Source: Felis catus
Lineage: Eukaryota
Assembly (NCBI RefSeq): GCF_018350175.1
Contig: NC_058368.1
Span: forward strand, 138,882,001 to 138,946,000
Direction: 5' to 3'
Length of the DNA: 64,000 bases
Below are positions 23,939 to 36,512 of the stretch, one piece after another. Below the pieces are notes generated by a model. That model saw nothing but the letters and a program-made list of their open reading frames with translations. It searched no databases and was not told where the DNA came from. Numbering within the stretch: position 1 is the stretch's first letter; each line of letters starts with the position of its first letter. The position numbers and the translations under genes are program-made.

Positions 23939-25150
23939 AGGGGAGCGGGATGTTTTTAGAACCTACTTTTGATTATTCCTTTGTTCATCATGTGATTGTT
24001 ATCCTAGTTTATTTGATTATTTAATAATTGTCCTTGATTATTCTCAACCAGAAAATGACCAAAATTCTTAGCATGATAGGTCCCTATGACCTGACCCCTT
24101 TCATTCCCTCTCTAGCTCCCAAGCTGGAGCATTCCACTCTTTTTAAGATCCTGTCTTCTCATTTAATTGCTTTAGAAACTTTTTTTTGTCCTGCATAATA
24201 CCTGCATAAACATATTGCAGGCATTTCCTCCTTTGCAATCTCACCTTTGTTAAAGCTCTTAAGGTGTTTGTGCCTCGGCAGGTGAACCCTGAGTTTCTCT
24301 AGGTAAGAACCATGTCATATCCATCAAGACAATTCTAGCGGCTAAGAACAGGCATACAGTATGACCTTGATAAATGCTCGGTGGATGAAAGTATGGATGA
24401 GTAAATGTGTGACTGAACATCCTGTAACTTAGGGCTCTAACAGTCCAGGAGAGACATAATTTCAAATTCCTCACAAGCCGTTTCATTTCAGTAGCTCCAT
24501 AACTAGCATCACAGACTATCAGCTCTGGAAGGTTCCTGAAATAACCTCTTCCAACACTTGTATTTTATAGATGAAGAGCTGGGTTTTGCAGAGAAGACTT
24601 GCCCAAGGTCATGTCTTCATTACTCTCCACCTGCCCCACAGTCACTCTTGGTTGCAGGGGCTTCATTCTTCTCTTGAGCTCAAATGCAATCCCAAGACTT
24701 TTTTTTTTTTTTTAATTAAAATTAATGGCTGATCTACAAAGGAGCCTGTTAGTGTCACAATTACCCACGGACCTTGAGAGACACTCTGGCGGGTGGAAGG
24801 GGGCAGAGGCAATGAGGTCATCCGGTGTCTGTATTTATCAATAGGGATCTTAGTTCCTTCCTTCCATGAGGACTCTCTGCATTTAATGGGGAATTTTAAA
24901 AGCTTGTGGTTTGCAATAAGATCCATCACTGTGGCTTCAGTCAGGTCTATTGTTCCTTGCTGCTCACTACACGTACAAAGTGGGACTCAAACAAATGTGG
25001 GTTGATATTGAATAAATATACATACGGCATCGGTAACCTACAATTAGCTCAATCATAGATAGTGCAACTAATACTCAACCGTGAGTTGTAGCCAAGAACC
25101 TGGCAGTCTCACCCCTAAAATTATGATAGCGTTGAATTCTTTACCAAGAG

Positions 25151-25384
25151 GTTTTTTGTGGTTTTTTTGTTTTTTTTTTTTCAACGTTTATTTATTTTTG
25201 GGACAGAGAGAGACAGAGCATGAACAGGGGAGGGGCAGAGAGAGAGGGAGACACAGAATCGGAAACAGGCTCCAGGCTCTGAGCCATCAGCCCAGAGCCT
25301 GACGCGGGGCTCGAACTCACAGACCGCGAGATCGTGACCTGGCTGAAGTCGGATGCTTAACCGAGTGCGCCACCCAGGCGCCCC
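25151..25384 (-). mobile_element. Young SINEC_Fc
   Basis: Reverse-complement near-consensus body. TSD caagaggtttt. Confidence 0.95.
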
Positions 25385-26239
25385 CAAGAGGTTTTACCTT
25401 TAAAGAAACACGCAAAAAATGTAATTCTCCTGCTTATCGCTCAAGAAGCACCCAGACCTCACTGGCCTACCCGTGGTTCTTTGTTTGTCGGCTCTTCCCT
25501 TTAGAAAGCATCACCACATTTTGTTTATCCATGCATGTCAGGAGACATTTGGGTTGTTTCCCCTCAGGTAGATCCCTTCTGAAGAGCTGGGCAGGAAGTC
25601 CCAACCAACTCCCACTTATTTTTACTGGCCACCCTTAACTGCAAGGGAGATTGGTGAGCACGTTTTGTCTGCACTTTCCTCCAAGATAGTTTATCTGGAG
25701 GCTAAAGGACTGTATCCCCAGAAAGCCCATTCCTGTAGAAGATGGACGTGTTCAGGCCTGCACTTATATTTTTCTGAGCATTTTCACGTATCTACCCTCT
25801 CATCTCCAGAGCTACATTTGCAATGACCTGTTTAACATCCCCGCTCGGAAAGTCGCTGGCATTTTAGCTCAACAGATCAGAAAAGGTAATTACCCTCTAA
25901 CTCCTCCCCACCCACCAAATAGCTCTTCCTCATTTCAAGTCAAATAGGCTTTCTTTAAGTAACCTTAAAGTATCAGGTACAAATATGATCATTCGTATGG
26001 CGAAGCTCCAAAAAAGAGATACGGGTGAGAATACTTTTCAAAAGTATTTGTCCGTGGACCCCTTTTTTTCTTTTAGGGGACGCTTCTTGGGATAAGTGTG
26101 CTGAGCAATGTATTCTGGGAAATAGCCATCAAGTGTGGGAATTCATAAACGTCAAGGCCCTCTTACCTTTGGTGCTTTTCGAGTCACCTCGACTCTGTCT
26201 CCCAAGGTCTCTCATCTCTGCTTTCCTTCCCTTCTCTCC

Positions 26240-26830
26240 TGCTAAATTAGTTAATCAAGGTGGTCATTAGACTGAAGTGGTCCTAATAGCTTAGCAGCCA
26301 CCAACATCAACAAACCAAAACTGAAGCCTGTGAAGCCTCAAGGTTACTCAGTGGGAACCTAAGGGCAATCAATCACAAATGGCCACCTAGGCTTTTCCAA
26401 GTAAGGCAAACGTTTGAGCTATAGCTAATCAATAACTTCGTTGCTTTGCATTCACCTTAGGTCTATGAGAGTCTCTTTGTGCTCTGGTCAGAAGAGAGCC
26501 CTTAACCCTTTCTGCTTCCTGCTGCCCTCTTCAAACCAATCTTTAAAAGTTTTTCTTAATGTTTATTTCTTTTTGACAGAGAGAGAGAGAGAGACCAAGC
26601 ATGAGTGGGGGAGGGGCAAAGAGTGTGGGAGACACAGAATCCGAAGCAGGCTCCAGGCTCCGAGCTGTCAGCACAGAGCCCGATGCGGGGCTCAAACTCA
26701 CGGACCGCGAGATCATGACCTGAGCCGAAGTCGGACACTCAACAGCCTGAGCCGCCGAGGCACCCCCAGATCAATTTCTGTTCAAACAAGCTCTTAAAAA
26801 TTTTAATGTACCTCAGTTTATCTTTTAGCA
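26240..26830 (+). mobile_element. Solo LTR, MER34-like (ERV1), interrupted by a SINE
   Basis: TG...CA ends with short terminal inverted repeat (tgctaaa ... tttagca), caatca boxes, and terminus aaattttaatgtacctcagtttatcttttagca resembling the recalled MER34 end. Confidence 0.65.
26545..26767 (-). mobile_element. SINEC_Fc nested in LTR
   Basis: Reverse-complement consensus body. Confidence 0.9.
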
Positions 26831-26904
26831 CTGCCTTTCATTTCTAAGGCTACCAGACCACCTTTCCCAGTGTGACTTGTCTCCCTGACCTAGGGCATTT
26901 GCCT

Positions 26905-27620
26905 TGTTCGTTCGTTCCACACCAGCGGTTGTGCTGGGCACTAGGGACGCAACAGTGAATGAAGGAGCCGTGGTCCCTGTCTTCTTCACGGATCATGTTG
27001 CTTATGGTCCAAAAGGCATGGAGAGACAGGCCTACATCAAGTAATCACCCAGCAAGAGGAAGATGACAACTGTGAGGGGCACTGCAGAGAAGAACATGAT
27101 GCTATGTGGCTCTCTGGGAAAGTCCCTAAGGAGAGATGTTTGAGCCTAGAGCTCCTGGCTGCTTGGGAACTCATTAGGCAAATGGAAGGAAGAGTTTATC
27201 AGGGAGAGCTGGGGCAGGAGGAAGTCTCGTGAGGACAGGACCTGCAGGTCACAGTGAACGGCAGTGAGGGAGATGAGCCAAAGGGGGCAAAAGAGACGGT
27301 TGGGGGGTGGGGGACAGGGGGGGCCTTGAAGGCCTTGTTAAGAATTTGTACCTTTAGCCTTCAAGCCGAGGGGTGATTTATCGTTGTGTCTGTTTTTGAA
27401 AAGTTGGTTTCATGTGCTGTGTGGATTGACATGGGACCGTAGAGAGGCAAAGGTGGATGCACAAAGACCAGATAGAAGTCCCTGCAAGCAGCCACGCAGA
27501 TGATGGTGGTGGTGGTGGCGGTGGCTTGGGCCGGATGGCCATGGAGAAGTGTTGACAGATTCGATGGTATTTCAGAGGGTGGGTCAACAGGACATTGGTT
27601 TGTATTGGATGAGGCTACCT
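26905..27620. mobile_element. L2 LINE fragment
   Basis: tgtgctgggcactaggga...gtggtccctgtcttc...gtttgagc...ggccttgttaagaattt...gctgtgtgga L2 motifs. Confidence 0.65.
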
Positions 27621-28986
27621 GGGGGTAGATCTTTCTTCCCTGAGGACAAAAATCTGTGTCTCCAGCATTTCTTGCTTCCCTGAGCCTAACTACAGACCCT
27701 GCATTTAGTAGGAGAGGGCCAGTAGGTTTGCTGAACTGATTGGCTTTGGATATTTGCATAAAAGGGCAAAGGTTTGAGGAAAGCCAGTCTAACAGGTGCA
27801 GTTGTGATGCAAAAAGGAAGGGACGAAGCCCACCCTCCTTTACCTTCGCAGAGTGAGTTAATAGGATTGCAGGGAGGAACACGCCTGGGCCCAGCGTGGG
27901 AACTCAAAAGGCAACTGTAACTCTCCCCTGTCTCTACCTGAGGGCACAGGCACAGAACCTTTCCGTGGCCGAAATGGAACTGTATAATCAACACTGTCCT
28001 CATCCACTGTCCAGAGAGCCGGACGGGCCTCTGTCGAGCCGTGTGGCTCTCCCAGGAAGAGAAAGGTTTGAAGGCCTATTCCAAATTAACATTTTGCAAC
28101 GAACAGCCCTTGCTGGGCCACCTCAGTTAACTCGATGAATTGGTGCTCTCAGATGTGAGTGGCTGTGCCTGCAAATTGGAAAAAATGACCAAACCCAAAA
28201 CACAGTGATCCAAAGAGGTTTTAGATTCGTTGCAGTTCAAAACGCTCAACGTGAGACCGCCAGACAATATTCGTCGTGATCCACAACTCTTGAGAAGACT
28301 GGGAGTAAAGGATCATCTCACCACAGTCGTAAACAGAGTGACATTCTGTCAGAGATGCTGAAGAAAGTTCCAGACTCAGAGGTCAAGGATTGCCGTTTTT
28401 TTCAATGCTAAAGCAATTATATGCCAGAAACAGAGGGCGCCTTGTCCTCAGTGGTCCCCTTCTTCGCTCTAAGGAGCCCCGGTGTTTTCCCCAAATCTTT
28501 GTCCCTGACCCCACACCATAATTACAGCTAACCTGACAGTTTTCCAGAGTTCAATGGCTCTCGCCTCAGTGACAGATTTAGAGAAGTATTTTCTCGGAAA
28601 CACAACGTTACCAACATCTATGATGCTCTGTAAGTGATTAGATAATACAAGAATGGGGGTGGTTTGGGGAAATTACAAAATGGTAACTGCTTGTGGGATA
28701 ACAACCAGGAGGAAAACAGAGCGCCTGAGGGGAATTGCTAAATCAGAGCTTTTTTTTTTTTTTTTTCCTTTAGCTGTTGCCCTGCATTTTCATTTAGTGG
28801 CTGCCTGGGGCTGAGAAGGCCACAGGCCTAATTATACCTGTGGACATCACACCACATAATAGAAGCATTAACATGGTGCCCAGTGACCTGCCAGAGAGCC
28901 CCTTCCCACTAGCCAGAAGGTTCTCAAACCAATCAAAATGCAAAAGGTCATGAAATTTGGATGACATTGAAGAATTATTGTTAGGA

Positions 28987-29203
28987 TTTTTTTTTTCAAC
29001 GTTTTTTTATTTATTTTTGGGACAGAGAGAGACAGAGCATGAACGGGGGAGGGCCAGAGAGAGAGGGAGACACAGAATTAGAAACAGGCTCCAGGCTCTG
29101 AGCCATCAGCCCAGAGCCCGACGCGGGGCTCAAACTCCCAGACCGCGAGATCGTGACCTGGCTGAAGTCGGACGCTTAACCGACTGCGCCACCCAGGCGC
29201 CCC
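28987..29203 (-). mobile_element. Young SINEC_Fc
   Basis: TSD tattgttaggattttt. Sits in an old L1-like 3' fragment (about 28955-29500). Confidence 0.95.
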
Positions 29204-29923
29204 TATTGTTAGGATTTTTTAGGTGTGATAATGATATTGCAGTTACGTTTAAGAAAGAGAGGAAGAGTCCATAGCTCTCAGAGATAAGTTTCGAAGTAGT
29301 TGCCAGTGAAAAAATATGACGCCTGGGATCTTGGTCAAGAAAGTCCTGTTGGGGGCAGGGGAAAGGGTGGAGAATTAAGGAAGCACACTCAGGCTTGAAC
29401 TGATAATTGCTGATGCCTCGTGATGGGAGGATGGGGCCAGTAGACAATGCTCTCTTTATGCGTGTATGTTTTTGGAACTTTCCATGATCAAAGTTTCAAA
29501 ACACCACAAGCATTTTCTCTTTGTTGGTTTTTTTTTTTTTTTTTCAGAGACCCCTAAGAAAGCCAAGCTCTTGATAGCAAGAAACCTTTTCTCGAAGCCA
29601 GGAAATCAATATAAACATGCGAGTGTTATCACATGTTCTTTGTGCTTCTCACACATGAAACATTGAACCCTTTGCCTACAGAGGAAGGGAAAGCTAGGAA
29701 TGAGGGTGAGACCCTCTCTTCACTCCATAAAACCATGAGTCACATCAACCCATTTTCCTCACTTCTAGTCACATGTGCCCATGACCTGCCAGATGGTAGC
29801 CAACTGATTAGTTTCAGAAGAATTTTTAAAATTCTACTATTGTCATCATCAGGCACAAGGCCCTGTGGGTAATATACTCTAAACAGGAACAAAACTGAGA
29901 TCTGGTTATAAATTCTGTGTTCA

Positions 29924-30347
29924 GGGGTGCCTGGATGGCTCAGTCGGTTAAGCGGCCAACTTTGGCTCAGGTCATGATCTCATGGTTGAATAGGCTGCTA
30001 TTCTGTCAGCACAGAGCCTGCTTTGGACTCTATGTCTCCCTCTCTCTCTGTCCCTCCCCTGCTCATGCTCTGCCTCTCTCTCAAAAATAAGTAAACAGGG
30101 GCACCTGGGTGGCGCAGTCGGTTAAGCGTCCGACTTCAGCCAGGTCACGATCTCGCGGTCCGGGAGTTCGAGCCCCGCGTCGGGCTCTGGGCTGATGGCT
30201 CAGAGCCTGGAGCCTGCTTCCGATTCTGTGTCTCCCTCTCTCTCTGCCCCTCCCCCGTTCATGCTCTGTCTCTCTCTGTCCCAAAAATAAATAAACATTG
30301 AAAAAAAAATTTTTTTTTAAATAAGTAAACAATAAGAAATTTTTTAA
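29924..30347 (+). mobile_element. Can-SINE (outer, internally deleted)
   Basis: TSD ataaattctgtgttca at 29908-29923 and 30348-30363. Confidence 0.9.
30098..30318 (+). mobile_element. Young SINEC_Fc nested in the tail of the previous SINE
   Basis: TSD aaataagtaaaca at 30085-30097 and 30319-30331. Confidence 0.93.
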
Positions 30348-30763
30348 ATAAATTCTGTGTTCAAAAATAGCTTCTCCTCAGAGGCCATGTCCATAATCTC
30401 CCTTCAAAACTTCCCATTTGGGGCATAAGGACTTCTCTGCCCAGGAATCTGGCTTTTGAGGTTCCCCTTTGATAGCTCATTTCTCAGCTACTTTTGACCC
30501 CCTCCATTCATGGCAAGAAGCTAAGATTGTTCTTTGGGAATTTTCCTCCCACCCTCTGGTTTCTTCTTCTTGTGCAGAGAACACGGGGTAACATCTTTTA
30601 GAGCCTCCTGCTATAGCTACTATTCAAGTAGGGCACTCGTCCCCTGTTGACTCTGGTGTTTTCAACAATCAAACCAAGCAAGATCACAAAGTATCCATGT
30701 CATAACTTCTGTGAGCCCAGAACTATCTTAAGTCCTGAAATAGAAGAATGAGAGAGACAGAGA

Positions 30764-31056
30764 CAAAGGGGGGAGGGAGAGAGGAAGGAAGGAAGGAAGG
30801 AAGGAAGGAAGGAAGGAAGGAAGGAAGGAGGAGGAAGGAAGGAAGGAAGGAAGGAAGGAAGGAAGGAAGGAAGGAAGGAAGGAGAGAAGGGGGTAGAAGG
30901 GAAGGAGGGAGGAAGGAAGGAAGGAGAGAAGGGAGGGGAGGAGAGGAGGGAGGGAGAAGAAAGGGAGGGAAGGAAGGAGGGAGGGAAAGGGGAAAAGAGA
31001 GAACAAAGGGAAGGGGAGGAGGGAGAAAAGGAAGGAAAGAGCGAAAGAAAGAAAAG
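30764..31056. repeat. (GGAA)n microsatellite and polypurine tract
   Basis: About 290 bp of almost only A and G, with two perfect GGAA arrays at about 30783-30882. Confidence 0.95.
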
Positions 31057-32408
31057 CAATGACTTCCTGATTAACTATCTTCCATGACTTTCAGACATGA
31101 GACTATGTTTCTCCAGAACATACTCTCCTTGGATTGACTAATGGAGAACTTCAAGAGAGAAAGAACGGAGACTGAGTTTCAAAGTTTGTCTTTTCTTTTT
31201 CTCTTTTCATCTTCAATCGCCTTGGGTTCAGAAGGCTATTTCTATAAGCTGCATCATCTGGACCTGGACCATCTGGTAGAGGCAGCATCCATGCTTGATG
31301 ATTCAATTTGCTCAGTGGGTGACTAGATAGTCTTAAAAGCCCTCTGCGTCAGCACAGGTCGTTTGTCTATATCAGATGCAGAAGGAAGCCCTTCAGCCTC
31401 CCCGAATCACCCTAGAATGCTCTCCCAGATGGACTATATGCTGTGATTTGTCATGAGAAATTGAACATTACCTGGTAAAGTTCTTCCTGAACAATGGGTC
31501 CAGATGTCAGGTTGAAAAATGTCCCTTGTACTTGTTTCATTTTAAAGCGTGCGGTTAAAAGAACTTGGCGTGATTTATTTGTTGGTTGGGGGCATGGCAG
31601 AGTAGAGGGAAGGGGCAAAAATTATAGGACAATTTAAAACATAACCGATTTTGTTTGGCATTCCTTGGTGGGAACTTGAAATCAAATACAGTAGCAGAGA
31701 CATCTGTCAAAGGCAACTTGCTCTGATGTCCAAGAGAACCTCCTTAAAAACCCATAAGTCATCAATGTAAGAAATACATGACATTTTTGTTCTTTCTGTT
31801 CTTCATGGCTTGGGGATAGAAGAGGCAAGGAATGGTACCTTGGATTGTAAATCGTGGCAAATGGCTGTTAAATCTGAGACGAGGTGCATAGGTCGCTCAC
31901 GTGTTCAGCATTGTTCATTTCCAGCTCTCTCTCCTCCCAGCCCTCACCTCCCAGACCACTCACCCCACAGGCTTGTTTTCACCTTCATTTATCTTGGTAA
32001 AGATGAGTGAATGGAAAATTGTTACGGCTTAAAAGAATTGCAAAGAAATGGTCAACTGAAAGATTAAATGTGGCCCTGCCCCCCCCCCCACCTTTTTGGT
32101 TTCGTGATAAAACTAAGTCATAAATGAGAGAGAAGGAAAGGAATTAAATCAGACCAGCACATTTTTGGTCTCATACGGAAAAAAAAAATACATAATTTCT
32201 GTGAATGTGACTTGACATAGGCGTCTGTTAGGGAGATCTTTAATAACTCAATAGCTCAGCTAAGAAGATGAACTCCAGCCTATGTCTATTCCCTGAACCT
32301 AGAAGAAGTCAGGATTATAAAAGCTTAGCTAGGTTATAGAAGGGCAATTGCAAAGTTGCTTTATTTTGTAAGACACCAACCTAAATGTGGGCTTGAGTCC
32401 TATTTAGA

Positions 32409-32419
32409 GTGTGTGTGTG

Positions 32420-32466
<47 letters not shown>
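32409..32466. repeat. (GT)n microsatellite
   Basis: Seen directly. Confidence 0.95.
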
Positions 32467-32470
<4 letters not shown>

Positions 32471-32516
32471 ATGTTAGGGGAATGTATGGACTGTGGTATA
32501 AGGAGTTGGATCACCC

Positions 32517-32740
32517 GGGGCGCCTGGGGTGGCTCAGTGAGTGAAGTGTCTGACTTCAGCTCAAGTCATGATCGCATGGTCTGTGAGTCCAAGCCCTGCA
32601 TCAGGCTCTGTGCTGACAGCTCAGAGCCTGGAGCCTGCTTTGGATTCTGTGTCTCCCTCTCTCTCTGCACCTCCCCCATTCGCGCACACTCTCTCTCTCT
32701 CTCAAAAACAAAATAAACGTTAAAAAATTTTTTAAAAAGA
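32517..32740 (+). mobile_element. Can-SINE
   Basis: Full element, flanked by agttggatcac. Confidence 0.9.
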
Positions 32741-32755
32741 AGTTGGATCACTCTT

Positions 32756-32940
32756 GGGGCACCTGGGTGGCTCAGTTAGTTAAGCACCCAACTCTTGGCA
32801 TCGACTCAGGTTGTGACCTCTCAGGCTCAGGCTCTACACAGAGCATGGAATCTGCTTGGGATTCTCTCTCCCTCTCTCTCTGCCCCTCTCACACTCGTTC
32901 TGTATCTCAAAAATAAATGAATAAAATAAAATAAAAAAGG
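32756..32940 (+). mobile_element. Can-SINE (internally deleted)
   Basis: Head, (CT)n and tail, flanked by agttggatcac. Confidence 0.88.
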
Positions 32941-34015
32941 AAGTTGGATCACCCTGGCCAGGCCCTGGCCTTTTCCACTATGTGTAGCCGGAGCCCTTCT
33001 ACCTGGATGCAAAGTTTCCATGCAGTTCTGGAAAGTGTGCTCCCGGAGGCTGTCAGCTCTGGCTACCTGGGTCCCTGCTGCACTCAGTCCTGGACCCGGT
33101 GAAGCCTGGAATCCAGGAGGAGCTGTGGCTGGGTGCAGGAGCACACTCTTTTCTGCAGTGTCAGAGGGCACAGAGCTATTACACCTCCCCAGGGGCACAG
33201 TGAGGGTCAGGCTAACTCTATCTGAAAACCTGTTTTCGCAGAGGGGGAAAAAAGTTATTTTAGTCCAGACACTGACACATTGATTTACATCAGTTCTGTC
33301 AGGAAACTGGCAGGAGAGTAAGTTTTTACAAATGAACAGTGGATGCTGTGGCCCTTAAAATGGCCTATAGCCATCCGTCATTCACAGCCTCTGCGTCTAA
33401 ATGTGGCGTCCCCAGGGGCAGGAACCTTGCAGAGATTTCGTTTTTACATGTGATTATTCAGGTTCTCTGAGAATGGCAAGAGGTCAAAGGGAGTCAAAAT
33501 GGCGGGTGGAAAGGAATGGAAATAAATTCAAAAAACAGATGAAACCAGAGCACGAGCTGGTGGATGAATGCTGGGTCGCCCTCCGCGTCCAGGGCGTAGA
33601 ATCACAGCGGCCAGTGGCCCTCCTGGGAGCAGAGCAGCCAGCAGCCCCACTGATGGCCTAGTCTTCTCCTCAAGACCAGGAAGACTCCAGTCATGGAGTC
33701 TTCTATGCTTGAGGTCAAGGAGAAAAGCACAGTCGTCTAAAACTTATTCTTCCTTCCCTCCTTTGTTCTGCATGCTCTCCATGTCCTATTTAGCAAGATC
33801 CCAAGAGATTAGCCAGAAATCCAAAATTCTGGTCTCTTCACTTAGGGATAAATAGAACGGTCAAGATGACCAGACTTCGCATGTCAACCTCTTAGAACCT
33901 TTTGTCCTCATCAGGGAAAACAAAATAATAGCAGATGCTTACTTGGTAAGCATAATCATTGCCAAGAGAGTTGGACTGGAGGAATATTTTATCAAGATAT
34001 TATAGCGCATGAAGC

Positions 34016-34236
34016 AGGGGGTGGCTCAATTGGTTGAGCATCCGACTCTTAATTTCAGCTCAGGTCATGATCTCACGGTTGGTGAGTTCAAGCCCCATGT
34101 CAGGCTCTGTGCTGACTGTGTGGAGTCTGCTTGGGATCCTCTGTTTCTGCCCTTACCCCACTTACGTGCTCTCTCTGTCTCCATCTTTCTCTCTCTCTCT
34201 CTCTCTCTCTCAAAATAAATAAACTTAAAAAAAAAA
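34016..34236 (+). mobile_element. Can-SINE
   Basis: gtggctcaattggttgagcatccgactctt...(CT)n...aaaataaataaac. Confidence 0.88.
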
Positions 34237-34504
34237 GAGAGATTATAACTCAAAAAAATCACCTTTTTTCTCCAACGGAATTCACCTGCTACTTGAACCA
34301 GAATTAGTCTCTCCTTCCCTTGAGTTTATAGCATGGAGACCTTCAGGTTTTCCTAGGGTTAATACACCCCAGATCATCATGCTAAAGAAAGAGTCGGGGA
34401 TTTGGGGCAGATATTCTAGGCGGGCAAAAAAAATTCTCTCTCAGAAGACCAAGTGAGGCAAGAGTGTACAGGAGTATAATTATGATCATCGTTAAGAGTT
34501 CATG

Positions 34505-34648
34505 AGCATTAAGGAGGGCACTTGCTGGGATGAGCACTGGCTGTTGCATGTAAGTGATGAAACACTGAATTCCACTCCTGAAACGAATACTACACTGTAT
34601 GTTAACTAACTTGAATTTAAAACAAACAAACAAACAAACAAACAAAAA
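34505..34648 (+). mobile_element. Very short carnivore L1 3' end
   Basis: gcattaaggagggcacttgctgggatgagcactgg...actcctgaaac...tatgttaactaacttgaatttaaa with a (CAAA)n tail. Confidence 0.85.
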
Positions 34649-34719
34649 CCAGTTCACACTCTGAGTGTAAATCCAGATTTCTCTGTTATGTAATGATCCC
34701 TCTATTTAAAAAGATGGAT

Positions 34720-34951
34720 GGGGCTGAGCCTGAGTGGCTCAGTCAGTTGAGAACCCAACTCTTGATTTCAGCTCAGGTCATGATCCCAGGGTTGTGGGAT
34801 GGAGCCCTGCGTCAGGCTCTGTGCTGAGTCTGGAGCCTGTTAAGAATTCTCCCTCTTTCTCTGTCTCTGTCACTGTCTCTCTCCCTCTTCCTGTGCCCCT
34901 TTCTGCCACTCACCCACGCTCTCTTTCTCTCCAAAACCAAAAAAACCAAAA
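34720..34951 (+). mobile_element. Can-SINE (older type)
   Basis: gcctgagtggctcagtcagttgag...tcaggtcatgatcccagggttgtgggat. Confidence 0.85.
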
Positions 34952-35164
34952 TGCCCTGACCTACGATGTTATCCAAAATGTTCTTATCAGAAGTACAAAT
35001 AAGTTCAGGAGTCAATTGGAAAGGGGAGGAGGAGGGACATTCCTTAGCATAGGATTCCTTTCTTCCTAGAGAGGATGCCTGTGACCGTGTTGCCCACCGC
35101 TTGGCTGTTGCTCAGGAGACTTGGGTGTCATTCCCACTGGCACACAGGCCATTGAAAAGGTCCT

Positions 35165-35612
35165 CTCTCACTTACATGTGGAATCTTAAAAAACAAACAA
35201 ACAGACAAACCATAAACTGCATGCATGGATGTAGAGAACGGATCGGTAGTCGCCGATCTGGGGATGGGGAGAGGACAAAAGGGGTGAAGAGGGTCAAAAG
35301 GTACAAGCTTCCAGTTATTAAAATAAACAAGCCTTAGGGATGTAATCACAGCATGGTGGCCCTGGTTAATAAATCTCTATTGCAATTTTGAAAGTTGCTA
35401 CGACAGTAGATCTTAAAAGTTCCCGTCGAGAGAATAAAGGAAGTTTGTAACAATGTGTGGTGTTGGATGTGGACTAAACTACACTTACTGTGATCATTTC
35501 ACAATATGTACAAACATCGAATCCTTATGGTGCACACCTGAAACTAATATAATGTTACGTGTCGATTATAACTTAATTTAAAAAGAAAAAAAACAAAAAC
35601 AAAACAAAACAA
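35165..35612 (+). mobile_element. L1 3' end (L1MA-like)
   Basis: ctcacttacatgtggaatct, aaggtacaagcttccagttat, tttgaaagttgcta, acacctgaaactaatataatgtta and an A tail. Confidence 0.85.
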
Positions 35613-36137
35613 GGACCTGGGCTCTGAGTAGCGTCTCCATGCCTCCCAGGAGCCAGGAAGTACAGCCCTGCCTGCCATCACTTAGGCCTCATTGGCTCCT
35701 GGGAGGAATAACCCCTGACCTGGTCCCACCCCTGCCTTGGCCCCCACCACCTCTGCCGACTCAGAACAGAGAGAGCAAAGCCCTCTCCAAGCTGTTCGTT
35801 TGGTAGCTCTGTTGTTGGGTGTCTTTACTGTTAAGGGTGTCCGAGCTCCTGTAACCCATATGCTCCTGGAATTGACTTTGAGCAGTGACCTATCCTTCAG
35901 GGGCGGATGAACACAAGTATAGCCCCAAAGGGGGTGCAGAAGGAGAGGATTATGAAAACAGAAACGAAAGCCAGAATCTCTGGCATCAGAAACAAAATAA
36001 ATAGACAGTCACCAGCCCAGCAAACATGTAACTTACTACTACCTTTCCCTTGGTCTCTTTATATCCTTCATATCCTTCTGTCCAAAAATTCCACTTCTAA
36101 ATTTGGCATGTATTAGAATATTCACTGTAGCATTGTG

Positions 36138-36512
36138 GGTTTTTTCCCAAGTTTTTATTTAAATGCGCGTTAGCTAGCGTACGACGTACTCTTAGTTTCA
36201 GGCGTAGAATTTAGTGATTCAACACTTCCAATACCACACCAGGTCCTTCTCAAAAGTGCCCTCCTTAATCCCCATCATCTCTGTAACCCATTCCCCTACC
36301 CACCTTCCCTCCACTCACCATCAGTTTGTTTTCTGTAGTTAAGAGTCTGTTTCTTGGTTTGCCTCCCTTTTTTTTATCTTCCCCCTACGTTTATTTGTTT
36401 TGTTTCTTAAATTCCACGTATAAGTGAAATCGTATGGTGTTTGTCTTCTCTGACTTATTTCGCTTAGCATAATACCTTCTAGCTCCATCCGTGTCGTCGC
36501 AAGTGGCAAGAT
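36138..36512 (-). mobile_element. Carnivore L1 3' end
   Basis: ttttgtttcttaaattccac...tgacttatttcgcttagcataata...tagctccatcc...tggcaagat. Confidence 0.88.

Noticed and set aside
28424..28443. CTCF-like motif cagagggcgcc (similar partial matches near 53385 and 59423)
   Set aside because: Key consensus positions are mismatched, so it cannot be supported without ChIP data.
30700..31062. PSFL/EGRK-repeat ORFs
   Set aside because: Translations of the GGAA microsatellite.
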